13,212 bases of DNA. Source: Octopus sinensis (Eukaryota). The position numbers and the translations under genes are program-made. Location: NCBI RefSeq assembly GCF_006345805.1, contig NW_021826289.1, positions 1 through 13,212 on the forward strand, given 5' to 3'. Positions 7,231 through 13,212 of the stretch are shown piece by piece (position 1 is the stretch's first letter; each line of letters starts with the position of its first letter). The notes under the pieces are model-generated. The model was not told where the DNA came from and did no database searches. It saw only the letters and a list, made by a program, of their open reading frames with translations.

Positions 7231-7362
7231 CGTTCTGAGTTCCTTTCCTGTCGAACTCCCATTTGCCTTTCATTTCTCAGAGGTACTGAAGTCCAATTAG
7301 TCGACAGTCCACCTTCCCCACAAAACACAACTACTGGCATTCTACCTAAACCCGAAACCACT
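7231..7362 (+). mobile_element. Degenerate SINE family B fragment (duplicated)
   Basis: Paralog of 738-870 and 11145-11275. Confidence 0.6.
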
Positions 7363-7534
7363 TTATAGGTGGCAATCTAGGATTTTAGGCCGAAGAATTG
7401 CTACGCGGTGTCATACGTAATCATGTATGGTATATAAAGATGCATGAGGATATATATACATACACAAACACGCACAAATATGTGTGCGTGTATGAGTGTG
7501 TGTGCATATGAGTGTGTGTATGTATGTACGTTTG

Positions 7535-7586
<52 letters not shown>

Positions 7587-7684
7587 TGTATATGTGAGCG
7601 TGTGTCTACATGTATGTGAATACATGCACAAGTGTACGAGGCGAAACATCCAAACACACACACAAACACACACACACACACACA

Positions 7685-7733
<49 letters not shown>

Positions 7734-7814
7734 TATATAAATACTTATATATGTATTCATACGCATTTAGATACATACACACACATAAGCACACACATAT
7801 ATCAATGTGTATAC

Positions 7815-7924
7815 TTTTTCTTTAATTCTTTTACTTGTTGAAGTCATTTGCCTGCGTCCATGCTGGAGCACAATATCATAAGCCTTTAAGCCCAATACAT
7901 TGACATGAAGGATTATTCTTTGTA
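7815..7924 (-). mobile_element. 3' portion of SINE family A, cut by the duplication junction
   Basis: Matches 1272-1381 and 11681-11788, then stops abruptly after TTCTTTGTA. Confidence 0.8.
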
Positions 7925-8270
7925 CTAGTTGTACTAGTGAATGTCTAATACATAAAAAATAATAATAAATAAATAAATAAAAAGTTTGTTTTAAACCTTG
8001 GGATTACATAGAGAGTGTTTTGAGTAGGATATGAGCAGTTCCCATGAGCACTATCTTTTGAATTTCTGCCCTTTTGTGGTTTCCTGGTATCTGAGTTAGG
8101 CAGCAGTCAGCCCCTTTCGCTATCATTCCCAGGGCACCTATGACAACAGGTATTGTTTTAGTCTTCAGCTTCCACATTTTGCTGATTTCTATTTCAAGAT
8201 CTTTATATTTGCTCAGTTTTTGGTAGGTCTTAACAGATACGTTTATATCGATTGGGACAGTCACATCAAT
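7925..8270 (-). mobile_element. 3' fragment of an R4/Dong-clade (RLE-type) non-LTR retrotransposon: end of ORF plus part of 3' UTR
   Basis: Minus-strand peptide IDVTVPIDINVSVKTYQKLSKYKDLEIEISKMWKLKTKTIPVVIGALG...EIQKIVLMGTAHIL matches the recalled R4-clade C-terminus pattern ID...P...K..KY..L..E+.+MW......P+V+GALG...+QK..L.GTA.IL. 7925-8003 is AT-rich UTR. Confidence 0.88.
8004..8270 (-). pseudogene. 5'-truncated restriction-like endonuclease (PD-(D/E)xK) domain reading frame, 88 codons plus TAA
   Basis: Open frame from ATT GAT GTG (8270) to TAA (8004-8006). It keeps the second catalytic Asp and the K..KY motif but lacks the upstream PD, the zinc knuckle and the RT. Confidence 0.85.
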
Positions 8271-8283
8271 ATTATTATTATTA

Positions 8284-8315
<32 letters not shown>

Positions 8316-8327
8316 TTATTATTATTA
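8271..8327. repeat. (ATT)n microsatellite; (TAA)n on the retrotransposon sense strand
   Basis: Abuts the truncated 5' end of the R4-like frame. Positional equivalent of 4302-4440. Confidence 0.97.
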
Positions 8328-8812
8328 GTATCACTAGTTTATTTAAATTCTTTCGTCTCACATAATATGATCTCCTGGGCGTCTCTCTGCTCCACCTGTT
8401 TCTTCTTATTCCACTTATTCTCGATTAAAAATTATTAAATGTCTACTTATCTACTGTTTGTCAAGTGGATCGTTTATCAAATAATTTATACTCGGAACAA
8501 TTGTACATATTTCCCTGGTTAAAACGGAATTTCCCACTTGGTGCAGCTACGTAATTTAGTAAGTGTTTGCAAGTGCTAAGAAACTTGGGAAGCGGATTTT
8601 GAACGACGCAAATGTCTCGTTTGACAAATGCAAGTTGATTATTGCATCAAAAATTCGGGCAGGAAGTAGACGGAATGGTCAGCGAAGGTCGTTGGCGGGT
8701 GTTGAACCCCTTATTGGTGAGAGGAGGAAAAAAGACGAATGAATACACGAAGATACACAACACACACACACACACACACACATACACACACACAACACAC
8801 ACACACACAGAT

Positions 8813-8846
<34 letters not shown>

Positions 8847-9451
8847 GGAGAGAGAGAGATTTTTATGGGGGCAACCAGATCGACCCATCTCAAGTATAAC
8901 TGCCCGAGATGGTCGTGACTTCTGGGACTTGACTGAGGAAAGAAAGCCACGAAAGAGCCGTCTTTTTTTGCCTGTCCTTCTAATCGGTGTTTCTCCTGTG
9001 CGCCTTTCTATCGTCTATCAGTCCGAATCTTTCATTGTCTTCTATTGCGTTTTTTTACCATTTATATATGTATGTGTGTGTGTGTGTGTGTGTGTGAGTG
9101 TGTGTGTGTATGTGTGTGTGTGTCTATCTATCAACCTATTTATAGAAGTTTCTCTTTGTTTATCTGTCTAATTATTCTTCGATTCATCTCTCTCTCTTTC
9201 TCTATTTCTTTCATTTTCTTTCCCTCTCTCTCTGTTCCACACTTTCTTTTTCTCTCTATTTTTCTCTCCTCATGTCTTTCTCTCTTCCTCTCTCTCTCTC
9301 TTCGTGCTGCTATTTTTAGTGTGCTGTTGCTGCTTGTAGGACCTTTAATTATTAATTAATGAGGCTTTACCTTATGGGATTGTTTTTACGCATGCTTGCC
9401 ACCTGATATTATTGGAAGCAATAATATCCTTCTATATATATATAGATATAT

Positions 9452-9503
<52 letters not shown>

Positions 9504-9517
9504 GCATATAAATACAT

Positions 9518-9576
<59 letters not shown>

Positions 9577-9968
9577 CTAATACACAGGTGTGTATAGAAG
9601 AATATATTATTAAACATGGTACGTGGCATATGTAGGTGTGACAGCAACCCAGGAATCACTCTTATCTACTAGGCGTTTTACTGAAGCAACACACACTGAA
9701 TTTTCATGGATCCCCAAAACGATCTGAGCGTTACTCCTAAGAGATGCCTCTCGTCAGCTAACGATATGGCGTCGTATCATATAATGATAGAAAGACTGAC
9801 GCAGAAAATTACGGAGTTTGGTGTGGTGATACAAAGTCTGAGAACGAAGCCAACCTTAGGTACGTATGTTTGTTTGATTTTTTGTATTTTACTTAGGGTG
9901 TTGTGGTCGACGTTGTTGTTTGCCCTGATCGTAGTTTTGCACAAAGTCATTCCAACTGTAGCCACCTA

Positions 9969-10703
9969 ATTCTATTGAATCATATAAGATTTTTGTCTCA
10001 CGTTTCAGCTGCTATCCGAAAAGCATACACAATGAAATACCCGTTTGAAATAATTCTCTATTTTTTTTTTAAATGTGAGTGGCAGTAATTTTCCTTGATG
10101 TTTGTGATTGGCTGAAATTCTTTAATATCTGGAAAATAAATCTATTTTCCAGCTATTCACCATTGCTACACGACAAGTGTTGAAATGGTGTCTGTGCAAC
10201 ATGAGATGAAGTGTTCTGCGCGCAATACACCTCCCGTTGCAGGATTTGAAATCACGACCTTGTTATCGAGAGCAGCACCTTTAACCACGATGTTATGTAT
10301 TCTCGACTTCTATTATATTACCAAAATGGTATTTTTCATATGTCCTGTCAACTCCCAGAGGATATTCTTATCTACTTGACACATTTCTAAAACAAACGCC
10401 ATTGTTTTTATCGATTATTGGGATGGCGATATCTGTTCAAAGACACGACCTCATCTCTCGAGTTACTAAAATGCAAACCCGACGAATTTCCCTCGTTTCC
10501 CAGAATATATTTCAGTTGGTTGTAAAGGATGCTTGTTGTTCACTGACGAGAAGACTATGATCAGAGGCGTTTCCGTCGTGATCATCCCGTCGATTTACAT
10601 ATATTACAATTGGTGTTGTGTTCTTTCCGTGGTTAAGACGTTAGGGTGTGAGACAAAGAATATCATTGTCTCAAATGCTTACGATAGGGCTGATAGCGCA
10701 AAT
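9969..10703. repeat. Module Y, copy 3
   Basis: Aligns to 6051-6784 at an offset of about 3920. Confidence 0.95.
10203..10289 (-). mobile_element. Old tRNA-like SINE head remnant inside module Y
   Basis: rc GTGGTTAAAGGTGCTGCTCTCGATAACAAGGTCGTGATTTCAAATCCTGC has A-box-like GTGGTTAA and B-box-like GATTTCAAATCC at tRNA spacing. Also at about 6283-6369, and with a ~20-nt deletion at about 2283-2347 and 12765-12827. Confidence 0.5.
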
Positions 10704-10871
10704 ATACACGTAATGGACATTCATTAGTCCTAAAACCTACATCTACAATCATTATTGTAATACATCACATGATGTGGATGTTAATTTTCATAGATCTTTC
10801 CGATGTATAAGTTCGACCTTTCTATCAAGATGAACCATCAATATTTAATGACATCTAGGACTTCCTTAGGG

Positions 10872-11009
10872 TCCGTCTACAATACCCACTCACAATCTTT
10901 GTTCGGACCGAGGCTATAGTAGAAGAAACTTTCCCAGGTTGCCATGCAGCGAAGCTAAACCTGGATCTAAGTGCTTACGGAGCAAGTTTCTTACCACATA
11001 GCCACGCCT
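10872..11009 (-). mobile_element. SINE family A head
   Basis: Identical to 6955-7092. Confidence 0.8.
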
Positions 11010-11144
11010 ATGCATGTGTTTATGTATAAGTCTATATATAGGATGAACAGGACAAACAAATGTTTAACTAATAGTTTTTACATGCGTGTAACAACGTTAT
11101 GGTTGCTGGAGAAGAAAAGTAACAAAAATTGATTTATCTATTCG

Positions 11145-11275
11145 CGTTCTGAGTTCCTTTCCTGTCGAACACCCCTTTGCCTTTCATTTCTCAGAGGTAC
11201 TGAAGTCCAATTAGTCGACAGTCCACCTTCCCCACAAAACACAACTACTGGCATTCTAACTAAACCCGAAACCAC
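11145..11275 (+). mobile_element. Degenerate SINE family B fragment (duplicated)
   Basis: Paralog of 738-870 and 7231-7362. Confidence 0.6.
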
Positions 11276-11554
11276 TTTATAGGTGGCAATCTAGGATTTT
11301 AGCCCGAAGAATTGCTATGCGGTTTTATATGTAATCATGTATGGTTATATAAAGATGCATGAGGATATATATACATACACAAACACGCACAAATATGTGT
11401 GCGTGTATGAGTGTGTGTGCATATGAGTGTGTGTATGTATGTACGTTTGTATATATATATATATATATATATGAATGTATATGTGAGCGTGTGTCTACAT
11501 GTATGTGAATACATGCACAAGTGTACGAGGCGAAACATCCAAACACAAACACAA

Positions 11555-11589
<35 letters not shown>

Positions 11590-11680
11590 CATATAGGTAT
11601 ATAAATACTTATATATGTATTCATACGCATTTAGATATATACACACACATAAGCACACACATATATCAATGTGTATACGT

Positions 11681-11974
11681 TTTCTTTAATTCTTTTACTT
11701 GTTGAAGTCATTTGCCTGCGTCCATGCTGGAGCACAATATCATAAGCCTTTAAGCCCAATACATTGACATCAGGGATAATTCTTTGTAAGCCAAGTACTT
11801 ATTTTATTGTCCGCTTTTGCCGAACCGCAATGTTAAGGAGGGGGCGTAAAAACCTGCTGTAAGTTATGAAAGGGTAACAAACATAGTCGCGAAGACAGAC
11901 ACACACATACACAAAAACAAACAAACACACACTTATGCATCAACACTATATATATATATCATACATACATATAT

Positions 11975-12037
<63 letters not shown>

Positions 12038-12189
12038 CGAACTTCTTTCGGTTTTTCGTCTACCAATCCACGCGTACGGCTTTGGTCAGCCCGAGGCTAT
12101 AGTAGAAGACACTTTCCAAATTGCCATGCAGAAACTGAACCTGGATCTATCTGCTTGCGAACCATCTATCTTACCACATAGCCACGCCT
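11681..12189 (-). mobile_element. Full-length SINE family A with expanded internal microsatellite
   Basis: Paralog of 1272-1707. Internal CA/TA tract at about 11905-12036. Confidence 0.8.
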
Positions 12190-12532
12190 ATGCATGTGGT
12201 GTTTATGTATAAGTCTTTATACAGGATGAACAAGACAAACAATTTTAAATAATAATTCTGACGTGCATGTAACAATGTTATGGTTGCTTGGAACCAAATG
12301 CTCACCGACAAATGATTGTCAGGAACAACATTATTCTATTAAGTTGAATAGTTATAGAATGATAGAGAGAGAGGGAAAAATAAATCATATATACATGTGT
12401 GTGTAGATACAAATGTTAAATCTTAAAAGAAAAGTAACAAAAATTTATTTACCTTTATAAAGCCGACTCCAAATATTACTTCAGTTTCAAATTTTTTTAC
12501 AGAAATTAAAAGTCTTATCCACTTATCTGAAT

Positions 12533-13212
12533 ATTTATTGCCTCATATAAATTTTTTGTCTCACCTTCCAGCTTCTATCCGAAATGCACACTGAATGAAA
12601 TATCCTGTTGTAATAATTCTCTATATTTTTTAACGAGAGTGGCAGTATTTTCCCTTGATGTATGTGATTGGCTGAAATACTTTAATATCCGGAAAATAAA
12701 TCCATATTCCTTCAGCTAGTCACCATTCCTACACGTCATGTTGAAATGGTCGCTGTGTAACATAAGATGAAGTTCTGCGCACAATACACCACTCGTCCCA
12801 GGATCTGAAATCATGACCTTAATCACGATTTCATGTGTCCTCGACTTCAATTATATTACCAAAATGGTATTTTTCATATGTCCTGGCAACACCCAGAGAA
12901 TATTCTTATCTACTTGACGCTTTTCTAAAACAAACGCCATTGTTTTTATCGATTATTGGGATTGCGATATCTGCTCAAAGACACGACCTCATCTCTCTAG
13001 TTACTAAAATGCAAACCCAACCAATTTTCCTCGTTTCCCAGAATATATTTCAGTTGGTTGTAAATTATTCTAGTTGTTCACTGGCGGAAAGACTATGACC
13101 ACAGGCGTTTCGGTCATGATCATCCCGTTGATTTATTTACATCGTAATGTGTGTTCTATTCTTTCCGTGGTTAAGACGGTAGGGTGGTAGACAATGGTAT
13201 ATCATTGTCTCA
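12533..13212. repeat. Module Y, copy 4 (cut by window end)
   Basis: Same subtype as copy 1 (shared ~20-nt deletion and shared upstream flank) but keeps the ~160 bp that copy 1 lacks. Confidence 0.95.

Larger units (their letters stand above)
4441..7924 (+). repeat. Tandem segmental duplication copy U1 (3'-truncated inside a SINE)
   Basis: Colinear with 8331-11788 from TCA(T/C)TAGTTTATTTAAATTC to TTCTTTGTA. Confidence 0.97.
8331..13212 (+). repeat. Tandem segmental duplication copy U2 (longest copy, runs off the window)
   Basis: 8331-11788 matches 4441-7924. 10872-13212 matches 376-2569. Confidence 0.97.

Noticed and set aside
10203-10289. Functional tRNA gene
   Set aside because: Only degenerate A/B boxes with no full cloverleaf, which fits a SINE head remnant.
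376-13212. CRISPR-like or prokaryotic system
   Set aside because: No short regularly spaced repeats with unique spacers and no operon-like ORFs. All repeats are explained by SINEs, microsatellites and segmental duplication.

Overview
AT-rich, microsatellite-dense animal DNA with no supportable intact host gene. The SINE families resemble, from memory, the abundant Octopus/coleoid tRNA-derived SINEs, so the organism call is an inference. The window opens with a decayed hAT (SPIN/Buster, GTF2IRD2/EPM2AIP1-like) transposase remnant at 1-341. The rest is a nested tandem segmental duplication: 4441-7924 is repeated at 8331-11788 (period about 3.9 kb), and 376-2599 is repeated at 10872-13212 and partly at 6955-7924. 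Inside these units a ~700-bp unexplained module (Y) occurs 4 times, an older diverged paralog of its core (Z) occurs twice, and one SINE head plus its 5' flank occurs 5 times. The junction between the two youngest copies holds an open-frame 3' fragment of an R4/Dong-clade non-LTR retrotransposon (restriction-like endonuclease domain) abutting a TAA microsatellite. Identity between copies is strongly mosaic, from one 68-nt patch with 13 substitutions to a 252-nt tract with 1. Most ORF-track entries are microsatellite or SINE artefacts. SINE-A, SINE-B, Y, Z and U0-U2 are my working labels.
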